From: Dehalococcoidia bacterium
Lineage (GTDB): Bacteria > Chloroflexota > Dehalococcoidia > GIF9 > UBA5629
DNA length: 64,000 nucleotides
NCBI GenBank assembly: GCA_050011565.1
Contig: JBEKIW010000003.1
Location: 1-64,000, forward strand
Direction of reading: 5' to 3'
The notes beneath the pieces are model-generated. The model was not told the DNA's origin. It saw nothing but the letters and a program-made list of their open reading frames with translations, and searched no databases. Position numbers and translations under genes: made by a program. Of this stretch, positions 1-9,599 are shown piece after piece (positions within the stretch are counted from its first letter, which is position 1; every line of letters begins with the position of its first letter).

Positions 1-426
1 CACATTCCAGCTCAAACTGGTCGAATTGCCAAGAGCTATACTGGACGGGCTGGCAGTGAAAGAATTGATCACGGGTAAGGCAGCAGGTGCCGGTGCCGGC
101 GCTGTAACTATGACCTGAGTCGTAGCCGTAACGCTACCTGCGCTACTGGAAGCGGTCAGTGTATAAACAGTGGTAGCCGCAGGAGCTACAGCCCTCGGCC
201 CCGTCAAAGCCACATTACCTATCCCCTGGTCTATACTGACCGTGGTGGCGCCCGTAACAGTCCAGCTAAGGCTTGAGGATTCGCCAGCAGAAATGCTGGC
301 CGGGCTCGCATTAAAAGAATTGATTGCCGGTAGCTGGCTAGGACCGGTAATAGTAATCGGCCCACCCGGGTAGCAGCCGACAATAAACAGCACCGCCAGC
401 AGAAGCACAGGAACTAGTTTTTTCAT
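1..426 (-). CDS. Ig-like/PKD-repeat lipoprotein, partial (runs off the left edge); paralog of 629..1555
   Basis: CAT at 424-426 with GGAGG SD; translation MKKLVPVLLLAVLFIVGCYPGG..., nearly identical to the N-terminus of 629..1555; lipobox IVGC. Confidence 0.85.
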   Translation of the reverse strand, partial: MKKLVPVLLLAVLFIVGCYPGGPITITGPSQLPAINSFNASPASISAGESSSLSWTVTGATTVSIDQGIGNVALTGPRAVAPAATTVYTLTASSSAGSVTATTQVIVTAPAPAPAALPVINSFTASPSSIALGNSTSLSWNV

Positions 427-455
427 TGTCCACCTCCCAATATAATTTAGCAGAA
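1..455. repeat. Direct repeat, copy 1 (copy 2 at about 1130..1585)
   Basis: Long exact blocks shared with 1130..1585 (e.g. cacattccagctcaaactggtcgaattgcc) interrupted by clustered substitutions. Confidence 0.95.
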
Positions 456-519
456 AAAACTCTAACCGCAATAACTTAAGTACATCGTACGATAAGTGAT
501 TTTGCCGCGATGGTGGCGC

Positions 520-627
520 TTAGAGACTCCCCTTAGGTTTAGTAAGCGAATTATTCCCGTCGTCGCTTTCATCTATAAGACCATTGCAATCGGCCTTCAC
601 CCCTACGGACAGACCCACGCCCGTATA
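520..627 (-). pseudogene. Relic 3' end of a CARDB-like domain gene
   Basis: Translates YTGVGLSVGVKADCNGLIDESDDGNNSLTKPKGSL*, matching VKADTGNAVVESSEANNSYT at the end of 629..1555; no start or SD. Confidence 0.7.
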
Positions 628-628
628 A

Positions 629-1555
629 TTATTTCTGGCGAACCGGCCCAAGAATCAGGCATGACCAGGACTCGGTGTAGGAATTGTTAGCTTCAGAGCT
701 TTCAACCACAGCATTGCCTGTGTCAGCCTTCACAACTATAGCATCACCAGGGAACGTACAAGCATATGTGTAACCGGTAAAGGTCTCGGTTCTCGACTCG
801 CCCGGAGCTAGTGAACCTACGCTATCATTTGCTGCCATAACACCATCGACAAGTACGGTTGAAGTGCTCGGTCCGGCTGTTGCATCGCCCTGATTGGTTA
901 TGGTGTAGGTGATTGTATCTCCCGAGCGCACGATGTCCTGTATGATCAGGTCGGGCATACCCGCCGCCGGCGCACCGGTAACCAGGACTGTAACTGTCAT
1001 GTAAAACAAGCCAGCTACGTTAGTGGCTGTCAAAATATAGTTAGTACTCATCGCTGGTGAGACTAAAGTGCTCCCGGCAGAGCCAACAGCACCCACTCCA
1101 TTGTCTATCGTTATCGACGTGGCATTTGACACATTCCAGCTCAAACTGGTCGAATTGCCAAGAGCTATACTGGACGGGCTGGCAGTGAAAGAATTGATCA
1201 CGGGTAAGGCAGCAGGTGCCGGTGCCGGCGCTGTAACTATGACCTGAGTCGTAGCCATAACGCTACCTGCGCTACTGGAAGCGGTCAGTGTATAAACAGT
1301 GGTTGCACCCGGAGCTACAGCCCTCGGCCCCGTCAAAGCCACATTGCCTATCCCCTGGTCTATACTGACCGTGGCAGCGCCCGTTACAGTCCAGTTAAGT
1401 GTCGAAGACTCCCCAGAGGAAATGCTGGCCGGGCTCGCATTAAAAGAATTGATTACCGGTAGCTGGCTAGGACCGGTAATAGTAATCGGTCCACCCGGGT
1501 AGCAGCCGGCAATAAACAGCACCGCCAGCAGAAGCACAGGAATTAATTTTTTCAT
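629..1555 (-). CDS. Lipoprotein with two Ig-like repeats and a C-terminal CARDB-like domain
   Basis: Lipobox IAGC; PVINSFxASP...YxLTA repeats; PDLII...I.NQG...AD..N.V.ES.E.NN CARDB pattern. Confidence 0.85.
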   Translation of the reverse strand: MKKLIPVLLLAVLFIAGCYPGGPITITGPSQLPVINSFNASPASISSGESSTLNWTVTGAATVSIDQGIGNVALTGPRAVAPGATTVYTLTASSSAGSVMATTQVIVTAPAPAPAALPVINSFTASPSSIALGNSTSLSWNVSNATSITIDNGVGAVGSAGSTLVSPAMSTNYILTATNVAGLFYMTVTVLVTGAPAAGMPDLIIQDIVRSGDTITYTITNQGDATAGPSTSTVLVDGVMAANDSVGSLAPGESRTETFTGYTYACTFPGDAIVVKADTGNAVVESSEANNSYTESWSCLILGPVRQK

Positions 1556-1621
1556 TGTTCACCTCCCAAACATAATTTAACAGAAAAATGTGACCACAAC
1601 AAGCTATTCAATTATGCGTTA

Positions 1622-2716
1622 TTACTCATACTCAATAACGAGCTTGGGCTTGGCTTGAGAGAAATCTAAGTAGTTATCTTCACTAGAAGGCCATATTTTG
1701 CTAAAGTTCATTCGAACTTGAAAGCGGTTGCTTCCAGCATCTAGCTGCTCCTGTAGCGCAGAGATAGTGAGACTAGAATTAATGCAACTTGAAGGCCAGC
1801 TAGAAAAGCTACATATAGCGCTAGTTGTCGGACCAATAAAATAAGAATTTCCTCTTAATTTCCCATATGTATATTTGTTTATATGAAGCTGACCCATTCT
1901 AAAAAATGGATCTCCATACACTCGAACAGCACCGGCATCTAAATCAATCGAAACAGATTTGATAATAACGCCCTTTGGTACCCCAGAAATATCGAAACTC
2001 AAAAAACCTTGAACTCCCGTTCCATTAGCCGTATATCCAACAATTACCCCCTGCCCTACATATCCACCGAGCGTCACATAGCCATCCTCTTCTGCTAAAG
2101 AAAACAACTCTATTGTATTAATGGGTACTGATGCTACAGTAACCTGAGCTGTAGCCGTCACAGTTCCAACCACATTAGTAGCTGTCAGGGTATAGGTCGT
2201 GGTCGTGGTCGGAAATACCACCCTGTTTCCGCTCAAGGAAACATTGCCTATCTGCTGGTTTATGCTGACCGTTGCAGCACCGGAGACATCCCAGCTAAGC
2301 GTCGAAGAGCCACCCGGAACGACATGCCCCGGGCTAACGTTAAAAGAGTTCACAATCGGCTGACTAACTCCTCCGGGAACAACAATCGCATTAGCCAGAA
2401 CCTCATTTGACCACTGCCCGTCGTCGTCCTGGACTTTAAACCAGATAGTATGAGTTCCGGGGGATAAAGACGAGGTTTCGAAACTCGCGGCAGTGCTTAA
2501 ATCTCCGTCTCTGCTCGACCGCCAGCTGTAAGCACCTACTGTGCCATCAGGGTCAATGCCGTGGCCGGTGAAGGTCACCGTTTCCCCGTAGGTGCTATTA
2601 ATCGGCGATACGGAGTCTATATAGGCGGTTGGCGGTTGGTTGGACCCTGCCGGCGTTAACAGACAACCAGTAGCTACCAGTAGAATCATAGCCATAGGCA
2701 ATAGCAACTTTTTCAT
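1622..2716 (-). CDS. Lipoprotein with PKD and Ig-like domains and an AT-rich C-terminal domain
   Basis: Lipobox ATGC; NQPPTAYI...DPDG...Y.W.S..DG.L PKD pattern; second repeat similar to the neighbouring genes. Confidence 0.85.
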   Translation of the reverse strand: MKKLLLPMAMILLVATGCLLTPAGSNQPPTAYIDSVSPINSTYGETVTFTGHGIDPDGTVGAYSWRSSRDGDLSTAASFETSSLSPGTHTIWFKVQDDDGQWSNEVLANAIVVPGGVSQPIVNSFNVSPGHVVPGGSSTLSWDVSGAATVSINQQIGNVSLSGNRVVFPTTTTTYTLTATNVVGTVTATAQVTVASVPINTIELFSLAEEDGYVTLGGYVGQGVIVGYTANGTGVQGFLSFDISGVPKGVIIKSVSIDLDAGAVRVYGDPFFRMGQLHINKYTYGKLRGNSYFIGPTTSAICSFSSWPSSCINSSLTISALQEQLDAGSNRFQVRMNFSKIWPSSEDNYLDFSQAKPKLVIEYE

Positions 2717-2783
2717 TTCCTTACCTCCGAACAGATTTAAAATGTCCTATCTTTGTTATAAAACCTGAGTCTATTTTAATCTA

Positions 2784-2930
2784 TTATTTCTTCTCTTTTA
2801 ACCTTCGCCTGATAGCATTCTGATATATAACTCTAAGGCTGCCGCCGTGAAGCCTGAATTTTCTTTTATCCTTCTTCTGCTGCCTGCGCTCAGCTTTGTT
2901 CTTCTTTTCAATTTCTTCTTCCACCTTCAA
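2784..2930 (-). CDS. Small Lys/Arg-rich protein (48 aa), below the ORF-track length cutoff
   Basis: TTG 9 nt after the cobB stop; MKVEEEIEKKNKAERRQQKKDKRKFRLHGGSLRVIYQNAIRRRLKEKK*; fills the intergenic gap. Confidence 0.6.
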   Translation of the reverse strand: MKVEEEIEKKNKAERRQQKKDKRKFRLHGGSLRVIYQNAIRRRLKEKK

Positions 2931-2939
2931 TGCCCTACT

Positions 2940-3722
2940 TCAAGCCGGCAACCTGCTTTTTATCTTTTCTACAATCTTGCCCATCGCCTCACCGGCGCTG
3001 GCGGTAATAAGCGCTGCAGCCTTAGCATCCATTGGTGTCGGACTTAAATTGATAATAACGAGCCTGGCTCCGGACTCGACGGCGTACATAGGCATATAGG
3101 CCGCCGGATAAACAACGAGTGTAGAGCCGATGACAATAAAAAGGTCGCAATTGCGGGAATGTTTTATAGCGTCGCTTAATGCCTGCTGCGGTAGTGACTC
3201 GCCGAAAAAAACGGCATCCGGCTTCAATATGCCGCGGCAAAACTGGCAATCAGGAATTTCTTCCTTATCTAATCTCACAAGTATATCATCTACAGGGAAT
3301 CGCCTATCACAGCTCATGCATCTTACAAATTTCATGTTACCGTGGAGCTCGAAGACCTTGTCCGGGGAGCTTCCCGCCTTTTGGTGAAGGTTATCGATAT
3401 TCTGAGTTATGACACAGGTTAGCTTTCCCAGCTTTTCCAGCTCGGCAACGGCATGGTGAGCTTGATTCGGCTCGGCGTCTTTCAGAAGGCCACCTTCAGC
3501 CATCATCTGCCACTGCATTCGCCGCGTCTTCTCGCTGCTCATGAACTTTTGAATTGTAAAATCATCGGGGTCGAACTTCGTCCAGATTCCGCCCGGGCTG
3601 CGGAAATCAGGTATTCCGGACTCGGTGCTTATGCCGGCTCCGGTAAAGACCACCACCCGGCTGGATTCAAGAATCAAGGCAGCAACTTTATCAACCAAAA
3701 AATCGAAGTCCTTTGCTTCCAT
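2940..3722 (-). CDS. cobB: NAD-dependent protein deacylase (Sir2 family)
   Basis: TGAGISTESGIPDFR, TQNIDNLH, HG, two CxxC, KPDAVFFGE motifs. Confidence 0.95.
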   Translation of the reverse strand: MEAKDFDFLVDKVAALILESSRVVVFTGAGISTESGIPDFRSPGGIWTKFDPDDFTIQKFMSSEKTRRMQWQMMAEGGLLKDAEPNQAHHAVAELEKLGKLTCVITQNIDNLHQKAGSSPDKVFELHGNMKFVRCMSCDRRFPVDDILVRLDKEEIPDCQFCRGILKPDAVFFGESLPQQALSDAIKHSRNCDLFIVIGSTLVVYPAAYMPMYAVESGARLVIINLSPTPMDAKAAALITASAGEAMGKIVEKIKSRLPA

Positions 3723-3863
3723 TGCTTATCTTGATTCTTTATATTCTATCTCAATGCTAATTGGCTTTGATTAAAATGTCAAGATGCCTCCCAAAAAATC
3801 AATAGACATAGCCCCGGTCTATCGCTATACTAACCGGTAAATTAGATTTCCCAGGAAACTAAT

Positions 3864-4646
3864 ATGTCTGACTGTCAGGATATAAAAACGTCCATCCAAA
3901 GCCGTTTGAACACCAGGTTCGTCGGCAGGCAACTATATTATTACCACCAGCTCCCCACAACCATGGAGACAGCCAGGGAACTGGCTAAGAAAGGGGCTGC
4001 CGAGGGAACTGCAGTTATTGCCGGCACGCAGACGACAGGTAGAGGGCGGCTTGCCAGGACCTGGCTATCGCCTGAAGGCAGCCTAGCTATGTCGGTTATG
4101 CTCAAGCCGGCTCTAAAAAACCTGCCTCAACTGGTCATGATTGCCTCTCTAGCGGTGGTCAGGGCAATCAAACAGGTTACCGGCCTTGAGTCACACATCA
4201 AATGGCCCAATGACATCATGCTCAAAGGTAAAAAGGTCTGCGGTATACTGATAGAAAACGAGGTCAAGGGAGGCAGGGTAAATTTTGCCGTCATCGGCAT
4301 AGGCATAAACGTCAATTTCAACCCTCAGGACTTTCCGGAAATCGCTGACATAGCTATTAGCCTGTCCCACGAAGCAGGCACAGAAATATCATTTGTCGAG
4401 CTTGCCGGCACATTGCTAGATGAGTTGGAACGGTTATATTTGGAAGCTCAAGCCGGAGCCGCCGTTTACAAAGAATGGCAGGAAAACATGGAGACCCTGG
4501 GCAAGCGGATAAAGGTGAATACCGGTAAAACGGTGGAACAAGGCCAAGCTGAAACAATCACCGAAAACGGCAACCTTGTTCTCCGGCACGATGACGGCAG
4601 CCTTACCGAAATCGTGGCCGGAGACGTCACGGTAATAAAAGATTAA
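3864..4646 (+). CDS. birA: Biotin-[acetyl-CoA carboxylase] ligase (no HTH)
   Basis: QTTGRGR, KWPND, KKVCGILIE, GIGIN. Confidence 0.95.
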   Translation: MSDCQDIKTSIQSRLNTRFVGRQLYYYHQLPTTMETARELAKKGAAEGTAVIAGTQTTGRGRLARTWLSPEGSLAMSVMLKPALKNLPQLVMIASLAVVRAIKQVTGLESHIKWPNDIMLKGKKVCGILIENEVKGGRVNFAVIGIGINVNFNPQDFPEIADIAISLSHEAGTEISFVELAGTLLDELERLYLEAQAGAAVYKEWQENMETLGKRIKVNTGKTVEQGQAETITENGNLVLRHDDGSLTEIVAGDVTVIKD

Positions 4647-4687
4647 CTTTACCCCTGCCCCTTATGGTGACAGGAGGTAACCGTGTG

Positions 4688-5449
4688 TTATTTCTTCGGT
4701 TGATCGAGCCTTCTGAGTAAAGGCCCTACCAGATCTATGGGCAAGGGGAAGATTATGGTATTAGTTTTCTCAGTAGCAATCTGGGTCAGCGTCTGGAGAT
4801 ATCGAAGCTGAAGAGCTGAAGGCTGAGTGGCTATAATCTTCGCTGCCTCAGCCAGCTTCTGCGCAGCCTGAGCTTCACCTTCAGCATGCACAATCTTAGC
4901 TCGTCTCTCTCGCTCAGCTTCAGCCTGTGCCGCCATAGCCCGTTTCATGGTGTCAGGCAGCTCAACATCTCTGACCTCTACCATGCTTACCTTTATGCCC
5001 CACGGCTCTGTGCCTTCATCAATCAGTGTTTGGAGCTTTTCATTGACTTTGTCCCGATGGGCCAGCAGGTCTTCGAGCTCAGATTGGCCCACAACGTTCC
5101 GCAGGGTAGTCTGTGACAGCAGCGAAGCTGCTCTAATGTACTGCTCTACGTTGAGCACGGCATCTTCAGGTTTCATAACCCTGAAATAGACCACAGCGTC
5201 GACTTTAACCGTAACCGTATCCAGTGTGATGCATTCCTGACTCGGCACATCCATGGTGACCACGCGCAGGTCAATCTTTACCATGCGTTCGATAAACGGG
5301 ATTAGCAAGATGAACCCGGGGCCCCTGACGCCAACGAACCGCCCCAGGCGAAAAATAACTCCACGTTCATACTCCTGCACAATCCTGATAGCGGCTGACA
5401 GCAGTATTATTACTATAAAAACAACGACTATAATAAGAATTAGACTCAT
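4688..5449 (-). CDS. SPFH/stomatin (slipin) family membrane protein
   Basis: N-terminal TM; [31 protein letters not shown]. Confidence 0.95.
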   Translation of the reverse strand: MSLILIIVVVFIVIILLSAAIRIVQEYERGVIFRLGRFVGVRGPGFILLIPFIERMVKIDLRVVTMDVPSQECITLDTVTVKVDAVVYFRVMKPEDAVLNVEQYIRAASLLSQTTLRNVVGQSELEDLLAHRDKVNEKLQTLIDEGTEPWGIKVSMVEVRDVELPDTMKRAMAAQAEAERERRAKIVHAEGEAQAAQKLAEAAKIIATQPSALQLRYLQTLTQIATEKTNTIIFPLPIDLVGPLLRRLDQPKK

Positions 5450-6771
5450 ATTTTCCTCCCTTTACTTTTTCTTTGAGTCACCAACAGTTTCAGACCTTCG
5501 ACCTTGGTTACCGTCACCTCCTCTCCTAGCTCTACCTTACCTGTGTCGACTTCAGCTTTCCACAGCTCACCATCAATGAGAACCGTGCCCTTCGGGTTAA
5601 GGCCCGTTTTGGCTACCGCTACTTGGCCGATTAATCCCTCTGCTCCGGTGGCTACCCGCCGTCTCTGACCCCGAACCGCGGCACCCACAATAAAAGCTAT
5701 GAAGGCAGCAACAAGAATTGTTACCCCGGCGATTAAAAATCTGTTTACTTCCATTTCCGGCGAACTATGACTAAATAATATCAACGATCCTATAACTAGT
5801 GAAGCGATGCCACCGGCTGTAAGTATACCAAAAGCCTGCGTGAAAACCTCAGCCACAAATAGTCCGATGGCCAGAAATATAAGCAGCACTCCAGCCCAAT
5901 AGGCATTGAGCACACCCAAAGAATAGAAAGCTAGAAAAAGGCAAATGCCGCCGATAACCCCGGGGAATATCAACCCCGGATTTGAAATCTCAGTGATTAA
6001 GCCTATGGTGGCCAGAGTGAGCAGGATATAAGCGATATTAGGGTCGCTGATTACTTGAAGAAAGCGTTCAATACCATTCATTCCGTTTGCGTTTAGTTCG
6101 TATCCAGTGGTATCAATAGTAACCTCTATGCCGCTGGCTAGAGTGACTTTCCTGCCATTTATCTGGCTAATCAAGCTTTCCAAATCATCAGCCTGTAAAT
6201 CGATAAGCCCGGCCTCTAAGGCTTCGGAAGCAGTAAATGACTTGCTTTCCGAAACCGCCAGTGCGGCCTGTTCGGTATTACGGCCTCGCGTTTCAGCAAT
6301 GCTCCTAATCCAGGCTGCTGAATATTCGGTTACCTTCTTTGATACCTCTTCAGGCATTTGCTCGCCGGTGCTAACCGGGTGAGCAGCTCCGATGCTTGTC
6401 CCGGGAGCCATGGCCGCAACATGCGCCGATATGGTAATAAATGTGCCGGCGGAAGCCGCCCAGCTACCACGAGGCGTAACATAGACTATAACCGGGACCT
6501 TCGCATTCAAAATACGCTGCACAATATCTTCTGTGGCATTAAGCAGCCCTCCGGGCGTATTCAATTCGATGATACAGGCAGCAGCGCCTTCGGATTCGGC
6601 CCGGCTGATACCGCGGTCTATATAACTGGCAACCACAGGTACGATAGTGCCGTTGACAGTTAATATTTCTATTTTCGTCGAGTTGGCTCTAGCCGCGCTG
6701 GAAATGAAAGACACAGCTGACAGCACAGCTAAAAAGAGGATAAGGAATCGGAGCCCTGATTTAAACATCAA
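5446..6771 (-). CDS. nfeD: NfeD family membrane serine protease (long form)
   Basis: LNTPGG, AASAG, IGAAHP ClpP-like domain; TM block; C-terminal OB fold; canonical pairing with an SPFH gene. Confidence 0.92.
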   Translation of the reverse strand: MMFKSGLRFLILFLAVLSAVSFISSAARANSTKIEILTVNGTIVPVVASYIDRGISRAESEGAAACIIELNTPGGLLNATEDIVQRILNAKVPVIVYVTPRGSWAASAGTFITISAHVAAMAPGTSIGAAHPVSTGEQMPEEVSKKVTEYSAAWIRSIAETRGRNTEQAALAVSESKSFTASEALEAGLIDLQADDLESLISQINGRKVTLASGIEVTIDTTGYELNANGMNGIERFLQVISDPNIAYILLTLATIGLITEISNPGLIFPGVIGGICLFLAFYSLGVLNAYWAGVLLIFLAIGLFVAEVFTQAFGILTAGGIASLVIGSLILFSHSSPEMEVNRFLIAGVTILVAAFIAFIVGAAVRGQRRRVATGAEGLIGQVAVAKTGLNPKGTVLIDGELWKAEVDTGKVELGEEVTVTKVEGLKLLVTQRKSKGRKI

Positions 6772-6903
6772 TTACAGAATGAATCAATTATAATTTAACT
6801 CAATGATTGGCAGCAAATAGGCATCAGTTTGCTGCCGGTGACACATTATTTTACGAGAAACTCAAATTGAAGCCAAAAGCTCGTTAGTGTAGAATAGGTC
6901 AAC

Positions 6904-8160
6904 TTGAACAAGATTCAGAATATGATAAGTCAAAAATGCAAGGGGGCTCGAGATTTACTGCCTAAAGACACGGAGGCATTCCGCTATATCGAGGATGTCT
7001 TCAGAAAGTCATGCCTGAGCTGGGGTTATCGAGAAGTGCGAACCCCGACATTGGAATATCTGCACCTGTTCACTGCCGCCGGAACACTGACTCCGAATAT
7101 GCTGAGCAAGGTGTACTCTTTCCTTGATTGGGATGGCTGGAGCGGCGAAAGAGTGGTATTGAGGCCGGATGGGACTATACCCGTCGCCAGATTGTATATC
7201 GAAAATTTGCCGCAAAATGAAACAGCCAGACTGTTTTATGTTACCAATGTCTTCGCTTTTGAGGAGACGGGAAAGGATAACAGGGAGCGATGGCAATGCG
7301 GAGTGGAACTCATAGGCAGCGATAAACCTGCGTCAGATATAGAATTAATTTTGCTGGCCTTTGAAACTATGCGCCAGTTAGGTGTTAGCGATGTTCAGAT
7401 ACAATTGTCTCACGCTGGAGTACTGAATGCTTTGCTCAAGGAATTGAAGCTGAGTTCCGACGAGGAAGTCAGATTGCTCGACCGGATTCTTGACGGCAAC
7501 TGGCAGGTGCTGACAGAAGCTAAGCCAAAAGACTCTGAGATTGGCCGTCTGATATCATTGTTCCTTGACCTGAAAGGGAAAACCAGCGGTTTTCTGGAAA
7601 ACCTCAGGGCTATGCCTCAGATTCCGGCAAGCTTAAAGGCGGCATTGACCAATTTTGCTGAAATCGCAGGGCTGCTTGATACTCTGGGCTGCAGTTACCA
7701 GATTGACATCACATCTACGCGAGGCTTCGAATACTACACCGGGCTCTGCTTCCAATTATCGGCCAAAGGCTACAAGATAGGCAGCGGCGGCAGGTATGAC
7801 AACCTTATACCGCTGATAGGCGGGAAAAAGACACCGGCCTGCGGCTTTGCTCTGTACCTGGAGTCACTGGCTGATTTGATACAGCCCAAAGCCAAACGGG
7901 CAACGGGACCAGAAATACTTATTCGCTGCGATGCCGGGACGGCAGACGCAATTAGAGCCAGCTTCGAGCTGGCCGCACTGCTCCGTGGGGCGGGCTATGT
8001 GACTGAGCTTGATTTTAACGGGCGCCAACCGGGTGGACGATGGCTAATCGCCGTCCGAGAAAAGCCTGTGCTTTTTACCGTCATTGACTCAATCCGAAAT
8101 CAGAAAAAAGAGGCGCCTACTGTGGCCGATGTCGTCAAAATGGTAGGAGGCTCGGCATAA
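6904..8160 (+). CDS. hisZ: ATP phosphoribosyltransferase regulatory subunit (HisRS-like)
   Basis: LRPDGT, YYTG and GGRYD HisRS-fold motifs; first gene of the his cluster. The start could be ATG 6922. Confidence 0.85.
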   Translation: MNKIQNMISQKCKGARDLLPKDTEAFRYIEDVFRKSCLSWGYREVRTPTLEYLHLFTAAGTLTPNMLSKVYSFLDWDGWSGERVVLRPDGTIPVARLYIENLPQNETARLFYVTNVFAFEETGKDNRERWQCGVELIGSDKPASDIELILLAFETMRQLGVSDVQIQLSHAGVLNALLKELKLSSDEEVRLLDRILDGNWQVLTEAKPKDSEIGRLISLFLDLKGKTSGFLENLRAMPQIPASLKAALTNFAEIAGLLDTLGCSYQIDITSTRGFEYYTGLCFQLSAKGYKIGSGGRYDNLIPLIGGKKTPACGFALYLESLADLIQPKAKRATGPEILIRCDAGTADAIRASFELAALLRGAGYVTELDFNGRQPGGRWLIAVREKPVLFTVIDSIRNQKKEAPTVADVVKMVGGSA

Positions 8161-8161
8161 C

Positions 8162-9598
8162 TTGTCAACTGCAGTCCAATCCGATAATGTCAAACTGGCT
8201 TTGCCGAAAGGGAGACTCCTGCCGGCCACGGCCTGTCTATTGAAAACGACAGAGCTGGGTTTTGAAGACTACACTCCAGGGACACGCAGCTACCGGCTCA
8301 AGTCGACAAGTCTGCCTCATCTTTCAGCCAAGATATTTCAAGAAAAAGATATACCTGTCCAGGTGGCAGTAGGCAATTACGATTTAGGCATCTGTGGCCT
8401 AGACTGGGTGGACGAGCTTCTGGCCAAGTATCCAACCAGCGCCGTGCTCAAAGTTGCCGATTTAGGCTACGGCAAGGGGAACCTTTATCTGGCCGCCAGC
8501 CGCTATGGCAAGATATCCGGCTTGCAGTATTTATCAGCCGGGCTATACAGCTGGCGAATAGTAACGGAGTACCCAAACCTGGCAGAATTGGCAGCTTTGA
8601 ACCTCAGGCTGAAAAGGTTCAGGATATTTCCGGTGTGGGGAGCTGCCGAAGCTTATCCGCCGGAAAACGCCGACCTGGCTCTGCTATGGGCAAAAGATGA
8701 GCCGGAAATAGAAGCACAGAGTTTAATACCACTGAAAACTTTAATGTCTGCCAACGCCTGCCTCATCGCCAACAAAGAGAGCTGGCAGGCGAAGAATGTC
8801 AGCCGGATAATAAGCTATTTCAGTCGGGCTCTCGAGATGAAAGACAAGCCGTGGTTGAAAATCAAAACTCAATCGGCAAAAAGCTCCAACAATTTTCGTC
8901 CTGATGCCGGTGAAGAAAAAATCTGGCTGGCTCTGCCCGACGGACATCAACAACCGCCAACCCTGGAGTTCCTTAATAAGGCCGGGCTGGAACTGCAGGG
9001 CTATTCGGAAGGCGAGCTGAGTCGACGCCCGGTATTTAATACGGACTGGATTAAGGCCAAGGTTGTCCGGCCACAGGACATGCCGCTTCAGGTAGCTAAC
9101 GGCAATTTCGACGTAGCTATAACAGGTAAAGACTGGCTACTTGACCATCTGTGTCGTTTTCCTTCAAGCCCGGTTGTGGAGCTTGTAGACCTCGGTTTCG
9201 GCCAGGTGAAAGTTGTAGCTGTAGTCAGCCAGGACTTTTCCATGGCGGACATCGGCCAGCTGAAGCAGGCACAAGATTCCAAGGCGGCGCCGATCAGAGT
9301 GGCCTCGGAATATGTAAATATCGCCGATAAATATCTTCGTGATAATCATGTCAGCCGGTATCAGCTAATTCCTACCTGGGGAGCCACCGAGGCTTTCTTG
9401 CCGGAAGATGCCGACCTGCTTATAGAAAACACCCAGACGGGAAAGACTCTGGCCAGGCACAATCTCAGAATAATGGATACTATACTTCAATCAACGGCCT
9501 GTCTTATAGGCAATAAGAACAGCCTGGGGTCATCCCTCAAGAAAAAGAGAATTGCCTCACTGGTTAAAATATTCAGCCAGGCAGTCGATGGTAACTAA
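8162..9598 (+). CDS. hisG: ATP phosphoribosyltransferase with two tandem short-form catalytic domains
   Basis: LALPKGRL...DLGICGLD...WGAAEA and a second LALPDGH...RPQD...DVAITGKD...WGATEA...ENTQTGKTL. Confidence 0.9.
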   Translation: MSTAVQSDNVKLALPKGRLLPATACLLKTTELGFEDYTPGTRSYRLKSTSLPHLSAKIFQEKDIPVQVAVGNYDLGICGLDWVDELLAKYPTSAVLKVADLGYGKGNLYLAASRYGKISGLQYLSAGLYSWRIVTEYPNLAELAALNLRLKRFRIFPVWGAAEAYPPENADLALLWAKDEPEIEAQSLIPLKTLMSANACLIANKESWQAKNVSRIISYFSRALEMKDKPWLKIKTQSAKSSNNFRPDAGEEKIWLALPDGHQQPPTLEFLNKAGLELQGYSEGELSRRPVFNTDWIKAKVVRPQDMPLQVANGNFDVAITGKDWLLDHLCRFPSSPVVELVDLGFGQVKVVAVVSQDFSMADIGQLKQAQDSKAAPIRVASEYVNIADKYLRDNHVSRYQLIPTWGATEAFLPEDADLLIENTQTGKTLARHNLRIMDTILQSTACLIGNKNSLGSSLKKKRIASLVKIFSQAVDGN

Positions 9599-9599
9599 A

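Noticed and set aside
1-1585. Repeat pair as a DGR template/variable region
   Set aside because: Mismatches involve all bases rather than adenines only, both copies are coding 5' ends, and no reverse transcriptase is in the window
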